This document shows, in pieces, positions 20,616-30,344 of a stretch of DNA of 64,000 nucleotides. Every line of letters begins with the position of its first letter. Position 1 is the stretch's first letter. The notes under the pieces are model-generated. The model had not been told where the DNA came from and ran no database searches. It worked only from the letters and a program-made list of their open reading frames with translations. Source of the stretch: a virus; the IMG/VR virus record IMGVR_UViG_3300023223_000669, positions 119,101-183,100 of that record. One strand, written 5' to 3'. The position numbers were made by a program, and so were the translations under genes.

Positions 20616-21273
20616 ATTGATCGATCTAGGAATCCAGTTGTCGGATTTTGTCGTGGGTACTGAGGGTAACGTATCACAAAGAACAGAACGTGGGTTCGTC
20701 ATCAAGGCTAGTGGTAAATCCTTGAAGCACATGAATGATGACGCACTTGTACACTGTGACACTGACGGTAGACCCTTGCCTGATCAGCATGGGATGGAAT
20801 CAGTTAGGCCAAGCATGGAGGTCAGTTTTCATGTCTGGATTTACAAGAACTCAGATTACAGCTTTGTGGCTCATACACACCCCACAAACGTCTTGAAGAT
20901 TCTATGCTCCCCCTGGGCTGCCATAGGACAATTTGCAAGCAAGAGACTTTTTCCAGATCAGGTAGTATTCAATGGTGCCAGGGCTTATGTCGTTCCATAT
21001 GCTACCCCAGGTGAGGATCTGACAAATGCAATTATGAATGCGGTTCTGCCGGGCGTGTCGGTGCCTAGTCTGTTTCTACTCAAGAATCATGGCATTATTT
21101 GCTGTGCCAATTCAGTACAACAAGCCGTGACCATGACCGAAGTCTGCGAAAAAGCAGCGGAGATTTTCATTGGAGCCCACGCTCTTGGCGAACCCACTTT
21201 CTTGAGCGATCGACAGGTGCTTGCCATTCAGGGGCATCCGGATGAGGTATATCGACATGATCATTCGAGTTGA
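20602..21273 (+). CDS. Class II aldolase/adducin family protein
   Basis: GNVS; IKASG; PSME..H; AHTHP; LLKNHGII. Confidence 0.88.
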   Translation: MKHPELIDLGIQLSDFVVGTEGNVSQRTERGFVIKASGKSLKHMNDDALVHCDTDGRPLPDQHGMESVRPSMEVSFHVWIYKNSDYSFVAHTHPTNVLKILCSPWAAIGQFASKRLFPDQVVFNGARAYVVPYATPGEDLTNAIMNAVLPGVSVPSLFLLKNHGIICCANSVQQAVTMTEVCEKAAEIFIGAHALGEPTFLSDRQVLAIQGHPDEVYRHDHSS

Positions 21274-21565
21274 CATCGATGAGACCATTTGTTTTTATAA
21301 AGAGGAGATCGCTCTTGATGGTAAAAAGAACTATGGTGCGGCAATACCACACCATAAGAATATTGCCAAGATCAATGCTCTATATGATGCTGGCAACATC
21401 ATAATCTACTGGACCTCTAGAGGCAGCAGAAGCGGTATCGATTGGACTGAGTTTACAGAGCGACAACTGAACGAGTGGGGAGCAAAGCACCACGAACTAC
21501 ACTGTGACAAGCCCTACTACGACGTGTTCGTAGAAGATCGCAGCGTCAGGATTGAAGAACTATGA
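21257..21565 (+). CDS. Small HAD-family phosphatase (capsule-biosynthesis type)
   Basis: VDIDETIC DxD motif; YWTSRG; KPYYDVFVEDR. Confidence 0.8.
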   Translation: MIIRVDIDETICFYKEEIALDGKKNYGAAIPHHKNIAKINALYDAGNIIIYWTSRGSRSGIDWTEFTERQLNEWGAKHHELHCDKPYYDVFVEDRSVRIEEL

Positions 21566-22203
21566 ATCACATGGACGACATTCACTTGGAGAATAGAGGG
21601 AAGCTCATTGGAGAGAACAAAGACCTCTTAGAGCAGACGGCCTTTCTTGAGTTTGGGGTGTATCATGGAACCTCCATGTTGATGTGGCATGGCCTGTATG
21701 AGCGTTACGACGTGTCTAAAAACTTCATTGGTTTTGATTCCTTTCAAGGCATCCCAGAAGAGACAGAGGATGAGAACAGTATTGATGATTGGAAAGAGGG
21801 AAGCTTTAGCACTAATGGTGTAATCAATCCAGACTTGTGTAAGCCAGACATCCGACTGGTCAAAGGCTTCTTTAGTGATTCTTTGACTGATGATGTCGTC
21901 AAGATGTTGGGAGGCACTAAGGTTGGCCTCGTTCACATGGACTGTGATACATACTCTTCTACGAAAACAATTTGGGAATGGCTGCTCAAGCATGATCTTC
22001 TAGCGTTCGGAGCCTTGGTGGTCTATGATGACTGGGGAGGTTATCTCAAGGGTGGGTGTGGTGAATATGATCTTGGTGAGGCCAAGGCCCACCGAGAGAT
22101 TGAAGCGGAGCATAACATCCATTTCACAGACCTAGGCAGGTACATTGTTGACCCTACGTTCTACGTAGTAAAGATGTTTAGATATGAAGATTATTTCTCA
22201 TAG
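21562..22203 (+). CDS. TylF/MycF-like O-methyltransferase
   Basis: LEFGVYHG; GFDSFQG; LVKGFFSDSL; VHMDCDTY; VVYDDW. Confidence 0.82.
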   Translation: MNHMDDIHLENRGKLIGENKDLLEQTAFLEFGVYHGTSMLMWHGLYERYDVSKNFIGFDSFQGIPEETEDENSIDDWKEGSFSTNGVINPDLCKPDIRLVKGFFSDSLTDDVVKMLGGTKVGLVHMDCDTYSSTKTIWEWLLKHDLLAFGALVVYDDWGGYLKGGCGEYDLGEAKAHREIEAEHNIHFTDLGRYIVDPTFYVVKMFRYEDYFS

Positions 22204-22627
22204 AGGCAACATCCGTGGGCCTAACCCCAAAAAAGAAAACATGCCGCTGTACGTAGACGAGGCCATAGGGCTGGGTTTTGATGTAGAAGTTGATGTCAGA
22301 GTGATAGATGGTAAGGTTTACCTTGGTCATGATGGTCCTGACTATGAAGTAGATTTAGATTGGCTTCTTGAAAGAAGGCATAATCTTTGGGTCCATTGTA
22401 AGAATTTGGAAGCAGCACACTGGCTCGCTACTGACTTAAGATGTTTTTGTAGCATAAGCGATCCTTTTTGTTTCATTACTCAAGGTTATTTATGGTTAAA
22501 TGATTTAGAAGTTGAACCAACGGATAATTGTATTGTACCATTACTGCATACTGATGACCTCAAACGCTACAGGTTTATGGGTGAACCCTGGGGCGTGTGT
22601 ACCGACTATCCAATGGAGATCAAATAA
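22184..22627 (+). CDS. PLC/GDPD-like phosphodiesterase-domain protein
   Basis: IISHRGN..EN; GFDVEVD; LGHD; GVCTDY. Confidence 0.72.
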   Translation: MKIISHRGNIRGPNPKKENMPLYVDEAIGLGFDVEVDVRVIDGKVYLGHDGPDYEVDLDWLLERRHNLWVHCKNLEAAHWLATDLRCFCSISDPFCFITQGYLWLNDLEVEPTDNCIVPLLHTDDLKRYRFMGEPWGVCTDYPMEIK

Positions 22628-24168
22628 TGCCGCGTGATATTCAATTAATTATACCGATGGCTGGTAGTAGTGAAATGTTTACGAACGTTGGCCCCAAATG
22701 GCTAATTGACATAGATGGCAAACCCATGATTCAACATGTAGTTGATCAATTTCCTGGAGTTACGGACATACTATTTATTTGTAACAAAGAGGAATTACAA
22801 AATCTAGATGTGGCGAACGCACTAAAGTCATTAGGAGGTAGAGTAGTTGGAGTAAATCCAAACAGCAACGGTCCAGTGGACACTATACTTCAAGCTATAG
22901 AATACATCTCAGATGAAAAAGAGATTGTAGTGAGTTATTGTGATCATGGAATGGTTTGGAATTTTCACTCCTTTCTAGAAGAGGTTAGGCGTGGAAATTT
23001 TGATGGTGCCATGACTTGTTACAATGACTTTCATCCACATACATTGGGAACGACTGGTCTATACACCTTTTGTAGACAAAAAGACAACAAGCTCTTAGAG
23101 GTACAGGACAAGAAGCCTTTTATAGAAGAGAGGAGTTCTGAGTTTGTTTCAAGCGATGTATTTTACTTTAGGAATGGTGGTATACTGAAAAAGTATTTTG
23201 AGACGGCTATCGACAAACCGGGCATGAGTTATGATGGGAATTACTTTGTTGCTCTGGTATACAACTTGCTGATAGCAGACAACTTGAATGTTCATGTCCA
23301 TAAAATTGACACAATGTTATTGTGGGCCACACCAGAGGATCTGGAGGTTTACAAACAATGGTCAAGATACTTTGCCCAGAAGAAGCAAAAGACAGATAGG
23401 GCACCAGAGCAAGACTTCACGTTGATCCTGCCTATGTCGGGCAAGGGTACGAGATTTGCTAGGGCAGGGTACAAGTTGCCGAAACCACTACTGCCTGTTG
23501 ATGGTAAGCCGATGGTTGTTCAGGTTGCGGAGTGTTTACCAAGACATACAAATGATGTTTTTATCTGTTTGGAGGAGCACTCTATTGGTCGTACGCTTCG
23601 AGATCATTTTCCTAACTCGATAGTGCGGATTATTGATTATGTTACGGAGGGCTATGCTGCTTCGTGCGAGTTGGGAATTGACCTTATTGATGAAGATAAC
23701 CCTATCATGATTTCTCCCTGTGACAATGGAGTTTCGTATGACGAGCAAGCATTTTTGGACATGGTTGCTGACGAAGATAACGACGTGATAGTTTGGTCTT
23801 TTAGAAACAGTCAGGCGAGCAAGACAAATCCAGCCATGTATACTTGGATGGATGTTGATGAGAACAATTTTTTGTGTGACATGCTTTATAAGCAAGTGCC
23901 CAAGGGAGATCCTCTAAAGACTCATGTCAGTGTTGGCATTATGTATTTCAGAAAAGCCAAGTACCTCTTGGAAGGTCTCAGAAAGAATCGTGAACAAAAC
24001 AAAAGACCAATTGGCGAGCTTTGTATAGATAGTGTTGCACATCAACTTGCAGACAACAACTACAAGGTTAAAGTATTTGAAGTAGATCATTATGCTTGTT
24101 GGGGAACGCCCGGCGACTATAAAGCCTATCAATTTTGGGAAAATCATTTCGCATGTTCGCCGTCTTAG
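22627..24168 (+). CDS. Tandem two-domain sugar nucleotidyltransferase
   Basis: Two NTP_transferase modules: IPMAGSSEMF..GPKWLI (degenerate) and LPMSGKGTRF..GYKLPKPLL; C-terminal WGTPGD. Confidence 0.82.
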   Translation: MPRDIQLIIPMAGSSEMFTNVGPKWLIDIDGKPMIQHVVDQFPGVTDILFICNKEELQNLDVANALKSLGGRVVGVNPNSNGPVDTILQAIEYISDEKEIVVSYCDHGMVWNFHSFLEEVRRGNFDGAMTCYNDFHPHTLGTTGLYTFCRQKDNKLLEVQDKKPFIEERSSEFVSSDVFYFRNGGILKKYFETAIDKPGMSYDGNYFVALVYNLLIADNLNVHVHKIDTMLLWATPEDLEVYKQWSRYFAQKKQKTDRAPEQDFTLILPMSGKGTRFARAGYKLPKPLLPVDGKPMVVQVAECLPRHTNDVFICLEEHSIGRTLRDHFPNSIVRIIDYVTEGYAASCELGIDLIDEDNPIMISPCDNGVSYDEQAFLDMVADEDNDVIVWSFRNSQASKTNPAMYTWMDVDENNFLCDMLYKQVPKGDPLKTHVSVGIMYFRKAKYLLEGLRKNREQNKRPIGELCIDSVAHQLADNNYKVKVFEVDHYACWGTPGDYKAYQFWENHFACSPS

Positions 24169-25055
24169 ATATCAATAGGTCCAAAATCTGTTATCACACT
24201 CATCCATGCGTGTGGACTAGTGAGTATTACAAGTATTGCTTACACCTACTCATTTTGTCTTTACAACTGATTGACCAACCGATCAATATCATCTTGGGGA
24301 CTATCGATTACAATTTTCGAAACACAAACAGAACTCTTCGGTTGGACATTCAGTCAGAGCATACCTTAGTGAAGCGTGGCGGAAGAGATGTTGGCGAGAT
24401 TGTGTGGGGAGACGTGGATCTTTTGGACGAGGAGGGTAAGTACCTCATCAGGATACCAAACTATGAGTATTTCTCCAAGCTCGATGCTACCATTGAATAC
24501 AGTCTTCCAAACATGGTAAACATGAGCACTAATGATAAGTACTCAGGCTACCTTGAAACCGCGACTTACGTAGCTCCAGTCATCTATTTTTCACCAGACT
24601 TTCAAAACAGACAAGGGACAGCGACGATCACCATGTTCTCAAACAATCCATGTGAGAGGAGACTTGAGTTCTCCACGAGGGCTAGAGACATTGTGAATAT
24701 TCAAGGCGTCTTTTCCAAGGAAGACTTGAGGCAGGTTTACCATACCAGCAGGGTGATGGTCAATGTCCACCAGACTGATCATCACCACACCTTTGAGGAA
24801 CTAAGGGTATTGCCCGCATTGTGCAATGGCGTGGTGATTGTGTCCGAAGACGTTCCTCTAAAAGATAAGATTCCTTACGCAGACTCTATCGTATGGTGTT
24901 CCTACGAAGATCTCGTTGAAACGGTTGAAGATGTACAACATAACTATAAACTTTATTTCGAGAAGATCTTTACGAGTAACCTAGAGGAGCACATCAGACA
25001 GCTCCATAAAGATAACATCGAAGGTTTGACTGATTTAATCCGTCAAATAGCTTGA
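24153..25055 (+). CDS. Glycosyltransferase-like protein (GT-B C-terminal domain)
   Basis: SRVMVNVHQ..HHTFEELRVLPAL..GVVIVSE. Confidence 0.6.
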   Translation: MFAVLDINRSKICYHTHPCVWTSEYYKYCLHLLILSLQLIDQPINIILGTIDYNFRNTNRTLRLDIQSEHTLVKRGGRDVGEIVWGDVDLLDEEGKYLIRIPNYEYFSKLDATIEYSLPNMVNMSTNDKYSGYLETATYVAPVIYFSPDFQNRQGTATITMFSNNPCERRLEFSTRARDIVNIQGVFSKEDLRQVYHTSRVMVNVHQTDHHHTFEELRVLPALCNGVVIVSEDVPLKDKIPYADSIVWCSYEDLVETVEDVQHNYKLYFEKIFTSNLEEHIRQLHKDNIEGLTDLIRQIA

Positions 25056-25080
25056 CACACCTAGGGTAAATTGATATAAT
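25052..25080 (+). promoter_or_regulatory. Consensus sigma70 promoter, likely leaderless transcript
   Basis: TTGACA-17 nt-TATAAT with extended TG; ATG 5 nt downstream. Confidence 0.8.
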
Positions 25081-25085
25081 AAGAT

Positions 25086-25628
25086 ATGGGTCGTACACTT
25101 GATTTAGAAGGTCAGAGATTTGGTATGTTGGTGACTACCAATACATTAAAACTTGTTAAATATCCTTCGAGAAGCAGTACTGTGCGTTTATGTCATTGTG
25201 ATTGTGGCCAGTCAGTATGGTTACCAACTAATTATTTGACTTGTGGCAGAGTCAAGGCGTGTGGCTGTAGACGGCAAACGGCACCTGGCCGTGCGGCTAG
25301 AAATCAGATATTGGATGGATATAAACGTGGAGCAATAGAGCGTGGTCTAGAATGGAATTTAACGGAAGAAGAGTTCGATCATATTACTGCTATGAATTGT
25401 TTTTATTGTGGTCAGTTACCTAGTAGAGAAAAAATAACAAGAGGTAATAATGGTAGTTTTGTTTATAACGGAATTGATCGCAAAGATAATAGTAGAGGGT
25501 ATTTGACTGACAACATAGTACCCTGCTGCTCTATTTGCAACAGAGCCAAGCGTGCAATGTCGTTTAATGATTTTATTCAATGGTTAGAATGTTTGGTTGA
25601 GTATAGGGGTGTACAATGCGGGTCTTGA
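25086..25628 (+). CDS. HNH-like homing endonuclease (CxYCG...GIDRxD family)
   Basis: GQRFGML N-terminus; CFYCG; NGIDRKDN..GY..N.VPCC..CN.AK. Confidence 0.8.
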   Translation: MGRTLDLEGQRFGMLVTTNTLKLVKYPSRSSTVRLCHCDCGQSVWLPTNYLTCGRVKACGCRRQTAPGRAARNQILDGYKRGAIERGLEWNLTEEEFDHITAMNCFYCGQLPSREKITRGNNGSFVYNGIDRKDNSRGYLTDNIVPCCSICNRAKRAMSFNDFIQWLECLVEYRGVQCGS

Positions 25629-26620
25629 TTACCGGAAGCTCGGGCTTCGTCGGCAAGCATGTCGTCAAGGCATTAGAAAATGATCACGATATTCTGGCGT
25701 TGTCACGCAAAGGACTCGATCTTTTGAGTCCTCCCACCGGAGAGACGACAAGGGGTTTAGTGGGGGCCAATTCTGCCGAAGCATTGTCGCTGTGGTTTAA
25801 GAACTATGAACACTACAACGGTCGCATCGACGCTATCGTGCATCTTGCGGCAACATGTGGCGGCATCGGCATCAATGCGGACAACCCAGGTAGATTCATC
25901 TACGAGAATCTCCAGATGGGCATCAATGTACTGGAGGCGGCCCGACTCGCGGGAGTCAAGAAGATCGTTAACCTCGGCACGGTTTGTGCCTATCCTAAGT
26001 ATGCTACTATTCCTTTTAAAGAAAGCGAGATTTGGGATGGATATCCAGAAGAGACCAACGCCCCCTACGGCATTGCCAAGAAGACCATCATGGAAATGGG
26101 CATTGCCTACTCACGTCAGTATGGGATGGACATTACCAATCTTGTGCCGGTGAACATGGCAGGAGAGCACGATAACTTTGATGAGTATTCGTCACATGTG
26201 ATTCCTGCACTGATTCAGAAATTTGAGCATCCAGTAGAATATGAGAGCGGTCTTGAAATTGTTGATGAAGATCATTCAAGAACATTAGTACAGCTATGGG
26301 GTACGGGGTCAGCTTCACGAGAATTCTTGTACGCGGGTGATTGTGCTAGGGCCATTGCCGTTGCCTTAGAAAAGCATACTGGTCCTGACCCTATCAATTT
26401 GGGCACCGGTAAAGAAATTACTATTCGTCAGCTTGCTGAGTTAGTCAAGAAGGTTGGTGGCTATGATTCTTATATTGTGTGGGATAAAAGCAAGCCGGAT
26501 GGTCAGCCTAGACGATGTTTAGATGTCACTAGAGCAAAGCACGTTTTGCGATGGGAAGCTACAACAACGCTGGAAGAAATTATCCGTCGTACTATTTCTT
26601 GGTATAGAGAAAATGGGTAG
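25616..26620 (+). CDS. fcl: GDP-L-fucose synthase
   Basis: TGSSGFVG; HLAATCGGIG; GTVCAYP; YGIAKK; WGTG..REFLY; KPDGQPRR. Confidence 0.92.
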   Translation: MRVLITGSSGFVGKHVVKALENDHDILALSRKGLDLLSPPTGETTRGLVGANSAEALSLWFKNYEHYNGRIDAIVHLAATCGGIGINADNPGRFIYENLQMGINVLEAARLAGVKKIVNLGTVCAYPKYATIPFKESEIWDGYPEETNAPYGIAKKTIMEMGIAYSRQYGMDITNLVPVNMAGEHDNFDEYSSHVIPALIQKFEHPVEYESGLEIVDEDHSRTLVQLWGTGSASREFLYAGDCARAIAVALEKHTGPDPINLGTGKEITIRQLAELVKKVGGYDSYIVWDKSKPDGQPRRCLDVTRAKHVLRWEATTTLEEIIRRTISWYRENG

Positions 26621-27176
26621 ACCAGCATTAAATTTGGGTGGTAGGCGTTTTGGTAAACTTGTGGCTACGAATACGCTCCGTATTGCGGCGGGGAATAATC
26701 GCCAACGTTTGTGTTATTGTGATTGTGGTAATGAAACATGGCTTGGGACTACTAATCTAACCACCGGGCACACTCAAAGTTGTGGATGTTGGTTAATGGA
26801 ATTTAAATCACTACCAAGCGGTCAAGCCGCTCGGAACGAAGTTTTTAGTGGTTACAAATCAGACGCAAAAAGACGCGGGCTGGAGTGGAATTTAACTGAT
26901 GAGCAATTTGATGCTGTAGTTTCTCAATGTTGTTTTTACTGTGGCCTAGAGCCATCTAATCGTAACAGTGTGAATCGAAATGGTGGCCGTAAGAATAGAT
27001 TAAGCTCTGGAGATTTTGTTTATAGCGGCATTGATAGAGTCAATAACAATCTTGGTTATCATGCTGATAATATTGTTGCTTGTTGTAAAATTTGCAACAA
27101 GGCCAAAAGTAACATGTCACTTTCCGATTTCTTAGAATGGATTAACAGGATCAAACAACATGACATCGTTTGTTAA
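26613..27176 (+). CDS. HNH-like homing endonuclease (paralog of 25086)
   Basis: GRRFGKL; CFYCG; SGIDRVNN..GY..N.VACC..CNKAK. Confidence 0.8.
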   Translation: MGRPALNLGGRRFGKLVATNTLRIAAGNNRQRLCYCDCGNETWLGTTNLTTGHTQSCGCWLMEFKSLPSGQAARNEVFSGYKSDAKRRGLEWNLTDEQFDAVVSQCCFYCGLEPSNRNSVNRNGGRKNRLSSGDFVYSGIDRVNNNLGYHADNIVACCKICNKAKSNMSLSDFLEWINRIKQHDIVC

Positions 27177-28236
27177 ACATCCAACGGCTCTTGTCACTGG
27201 AATTACGGGCCAGGACGGATATTACTTAGCACATTTTCTATTAGAACAGGGCTATCGAGTCGTAGGACTCGTACGTCGCACCTCCCTACCCACCGATTCG
27301 CGTCTGCGAACCTTACGCGGTAGCCCTAACTTACACCTGGTACATGGCGATGTGGACGACATCACGAGTATTCAGTCAGCTATCAGAGAATTTCAACCTC
27401 ATGAATTCTATCACCTGGCGGCACAGAGTCACGTAGCTGTTTCGTGGGAAGTCCCTATTGCTACCGCTAACACTACTGGCCTTGGCGTGTTGAATTGTCT
27501 GGAAGCTTTGAGGCAGGAAAAACCGGACTGTCGATTCTATTTTGCTGGCAGTAGCGAGCAGTTTGGTAATGCGTTGCCTGATCCGGGCGGTATTATCAAA
27601 ATACAAGATTCACAAACGGGTGAAATGACCAGGCAAAAATTGCACGAACGTTCCCCCATGCGTCCGGAATCTCCATATGCGGCTGCTAAGGTGTTTGGAT
27701 ATCACATTACTAGGGTATACCGTAGATCCTTTGATGTGTTTGCAAGCTGTGGCATATTGTTTAATCATGAATCGCCCGTTAGGGGCGAAGAGTTTGTGAC
27801 TCGCAAAATCACGCGTGGTTTAGCACGCGTGAAGTGGGACCTACAAGAATATATAGAACTCGGTAATATGAACGCTTGTCGTGATTGGGGGTTTGCGGGT
27901 GATTATGTGCGTGCCATGCATGCAATGTTACAACATGATGAGCCCGATGATTTCGTGATTGCTACTGGCCAGACAAACTCGGTCAAGCATTTTTTCAACG
28001 AGTGTTGCGAGTGGTTTGACCTTGACCCCGCTGTGGTATATAAGGTCAACGATAAATTTATGCGTCCAAAAGACATTGAAGTACTTTTGGGCGATAGTTC
28101 TAAGGCACAAAGAGTATTAGGCTGGAAGCCAGAGTGTGATTTCGAGACTTTAGTCTCGAAGATGTGTCGATATGACTACCACCTACAATCCCCCGACCCC
28201 TCCATGTCGCGAAAGGCAGATGAGTTTCTTTTCTAA
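27160..28236 (+). CDS. gmd: GDP-mannose 4,6-dehydratase
   Basis: TGITGQDG; LAAQSHV; SPYAAAK; GILFNHESP.RGEEFVTRKIT; RDWGFAGDYV. Confidence 0.95.
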   Translation: MTSFVKHPTALVTGITGQDGYYLAHFLLEQGYRVVGLVRRTSLPTDSRLRTLRGSPNLHLVHGDVDDITSIQSAIREFQPHEFYHLAAQSHVAVSWEVPIATANTTGLGVLNCLEALRQEKPDCRFYFAGSSEQFGNALPDPGGIIKIQDSQTGEMTRQKLHERSPMRPESPYAAAKVFGYHITRVYRRSFDVFASCGILFNHESPVRGEEFVTRKITRGLARVKWDLQEYIELGNMNACRDWGFAGDYVRAMHAMLQHDEPDDFVIATGQTNSVKHFFNECCEWFDLDPAVVYKVNDKFMRPKDIEVLLGDSSKAQRVLGWKPECDFETLVSKMCRYDYHLQSPDPSMSRKADEFLF

Positions 28237-28250
28237 GAAGAGAGGACAGG

Positions 28251-28934
28251 ATGAATAAAAAGAAAGAGATAGAAGAGGAGCACGTAATCACCGAGCGTGA
28301 GAAGCGTGCATGGGCTAAGAGCAAGGAACGTAAGAGTAGTCGCGAACGACCTAAGTTGGATCGTTTGCAACGTATTGAATTCCTCAAGCTTGTTTCGCAG
28401 ATGGCTAGTGCTTCTACAATGGAGCGTAAGCTCAAATTGGAGCCAAGGGATGTTGCATTCTATAAGCGGGAACTCGACATTGAGAGTCCTGATGAGGCTC
28501 GCCGTATGGCCAGGAATCTCCAGGCTGAGAGCAATGAGGTTTATGAGGCTCGCGTGCTTGCACAAACCAAGAAGGCTCGGGAAGCAGAACAGATAGCCAA
28601 CCAACGGCTTGATGAACTAGATGCCAAGAGGGCTGCCGACAAGGGTGGTTCAAGCCGTAGGGTGGACGTGACCAAGATCCGCCAAGAAGATGCTGAGCGT
28701 CAGCGTCGTTTTGCAGCACAGCAGGCTGAGCTAGATGAGCCCAAAACTAAATGGGAACTTCCCATGGAAGAGGGTGCTGGTTCTGAGGCTGAGCAGATCG
28801 ATCGTTTCCGTCGTCTCATTATCTATCATGGTTTGGATGCCGTACGTCGTCAGCACGGTGCGAGTGCTGTTCAAGTCAAGTGGGAGGCCGCTCGATTGGG
28901 ATTACGTATTAATTGGGATATCGTGCGTGGCTAA
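28251..28934 (+). CDS. Hypothetical charged coiled-coil protein
   Basis: Long E/K/R-rich ORF with no alternative long frame. Confidence 0.65.
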   Translation: MNKKKEIEEEHVITEREKRAWAKSKERKSSRERPKLDRLQRIEFLKLVSQMASASTMERKLKLEPRDVAFYKRELDIESPDEARRMARNLQAESNEVYEARVLAQTKKAREAEQIANQRLDELDAKRAADKGGSSRRVDVTKIRQEDAERQRRFAAQQAELDEPKTKWELPMEEGAGSEAEQIDRFRRLIIYHGLDAVRRQHGASAVQVKWEAARLGLRINWDIVRG

Positions 28935-29656
28935 TGAAACATACCAAAGAAAATCTTGAGCGGCTTTATGCCACTATGTCCTTGGACCAGATGGCCGAGC
29001 ATCTGGACATGGCCAAGTCTACGCTGTACTATCACATGCGTAAGCTTAAGGTTGAAAGGCGTTCCAAGAGCGAGGCTCAACAACAACATCTAAGGAAATC
29101 TCCTCACCAACGTAAGGGTAAGACACATTCAAAAGAGACCCGGGAAAAGATTTCCCAGGGCACTCGTGAGTTTTGGGACTCTGACGAAGGGGAGAGTCAG
29201 AAGACACGATTGGGAGCCTTGCGTCGAAGAGAGTGGAAGAACCGTTCTGCCAAAGACCGTTCTTCTGTCGTCAAGAGACTCCAGGAAGGGATTCGCCCAG
29301 CCCCAGGCGAGCTTTCACGATTTGGTGAAAAGCTGGCCGTGTTTCTAGGCGAACATGAGAAACTTCGGACGGGAATTCAGTTGACACCTAGCCATGTTTC
29401 TGATATCATTCTAGATGACCGCAAGGTAGTGGTGGAGCTGATTCTACCTGTCGCCGTGTATGGTGACGAGCAGCAGGCAAAGATCGAGGTGAGGTATGAC
29501 CGCTTGGCGGACCAACTCAATGACATGGGTTATCGCGTAATGGTCATCGAGGACCGTTCAAATTCTATCTCGACGGCACGATGCCAACGAGTATATGACG
29601 CCCTGGTGGCGTTTTTCCAGGACAGTAGTTTACAACGCACGACTATCGTGTCATAA
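28934..29656 (+). CDS. Putative homing endonuclease: HTH + NUMOD3-like + PD-(D/E)xK/Vsr-like domain
   Basis: RKGKTHSKETREKISQ NUMOD3 motif; SDIILDDRKVVVEL; GYRVMVI. Confidence 0.6.
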   Translation: MKHTKENLERLYATMSLDQMAEHLDMAKSTLYYHMRKLKVERRSKSEAQQQHLRKSPHQRKGKTHSKETREKISQGTREFWDSDEGESQKTRLGALRRREWKNRSAKDRSSVVKRLQEGIRPAPGELSRFGEKLAVFLGEHEKLRTGIQLTPSHVSDIILDDRKVVVELILPVAVYGDEQQAKIEVRYDRLADQLNDMGYRVMVIEDRSNSISTARCQRVYDALVAFFQDSSLQRTTIVS

Positions 29657-29657
29657 T
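29629..29657 (+). promoter_or_regulatory. sigma70-like promoter, likely leaderless transcript
   Basis: TTTACA-17 nt-CATAAT; ATG at 29664. Confidence 0.6.
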
Positions 29658-29663
29658 GATATC

Positions 29664-30344
29664 ATGAGTAAAGACCTATTCGAGACAGATTGGGAGAAAG
29701 AACTCCAGGATGGAGACACTGTAACACGTAAGGAGGATGGCGACCGAATGGAAGTCGTCTTACTTGCAGGCTTGCAACGACTTGCTCGTATGGCTGGCAT
29801 TACAGGTCAGGACTGTACCATACAAACCCCCGCCCCGACGATGGTACAGGCTATTTTTAAATCCGAATTTCAAACCGAACGTGGCAGGGTAGTATTTACT
29901 GGTACAGCCGACGCCATCGTTGGAGGAACTCATGCCAACGTCAAAGGTATTTTCGCGAGCTATCCTACTGCCATCGCAGAGTCTCGTGCAGAAGCACGTT
30001 CGCTCCGCAAGGCACTAGGTATCAAGATGCTGTCTTCGGAAGAGCTTGGTTTCCGTGAAGGTGTTGGTGCTCTTGAAGCATCACCTACCGGCAAGGCCGA
30101 TACTCAATTGGTCGCAGCTATCGAGAAACTTTGTGAGACACGCGGCGTTGAACCCGTTGCTGTCCTTGAAGCCGTGCTTGATGAAGCTCGTTCCTCAACA
30201 ATCTTTGAGTTGACAGAGCTAACAGTAGATGAAGCCCAACGTGCGATGGGATGGTTGAACGACCATAAGCTCAAGAAGGCAAAACAAAGCACTCAGGCAA
30301 AGCGTGACGCACGCAAGAAGGAATTGGAAAGGAAGAAAGCATGA
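29664..30344 (+). CDS. Conserved phage protein, possibly Rad52/Sak-like ssDNA annealing protein
   Basis: LAGLQRLA..FTGTADA..AIAESRAEARSLRKALGI resembles dsRBD-fold annealase motifs. Confidence 0.4.
   Translation: MSKDLFETDWEKELQDGDTVTRKEDGDRMEVVLLAGLQRLARMAGITGQDCTIQTPAPTMVQAIFKSEFQTERGRVVFTGTADAIVGGTHANVKGIFASYPTAIAESRAEARSLRKALGIKMLSSEELGFREGVGALEASPTGKADTQLVAAIEKLCETRGVEPVAVLEAVLDEARSSTIFELTELTVDEAQRAMGWLNDHKLKKAKQSTQAKRDARKKELERKKA

Noticed and set aside
2343-28236. Host chromosomal LPS/capsule locus rather than phage DNA
   Set aside because: It is interspersed with phage HEGs and small phage ORFs, contiguous with phage-type replication and virion genes, and lacks export genes.
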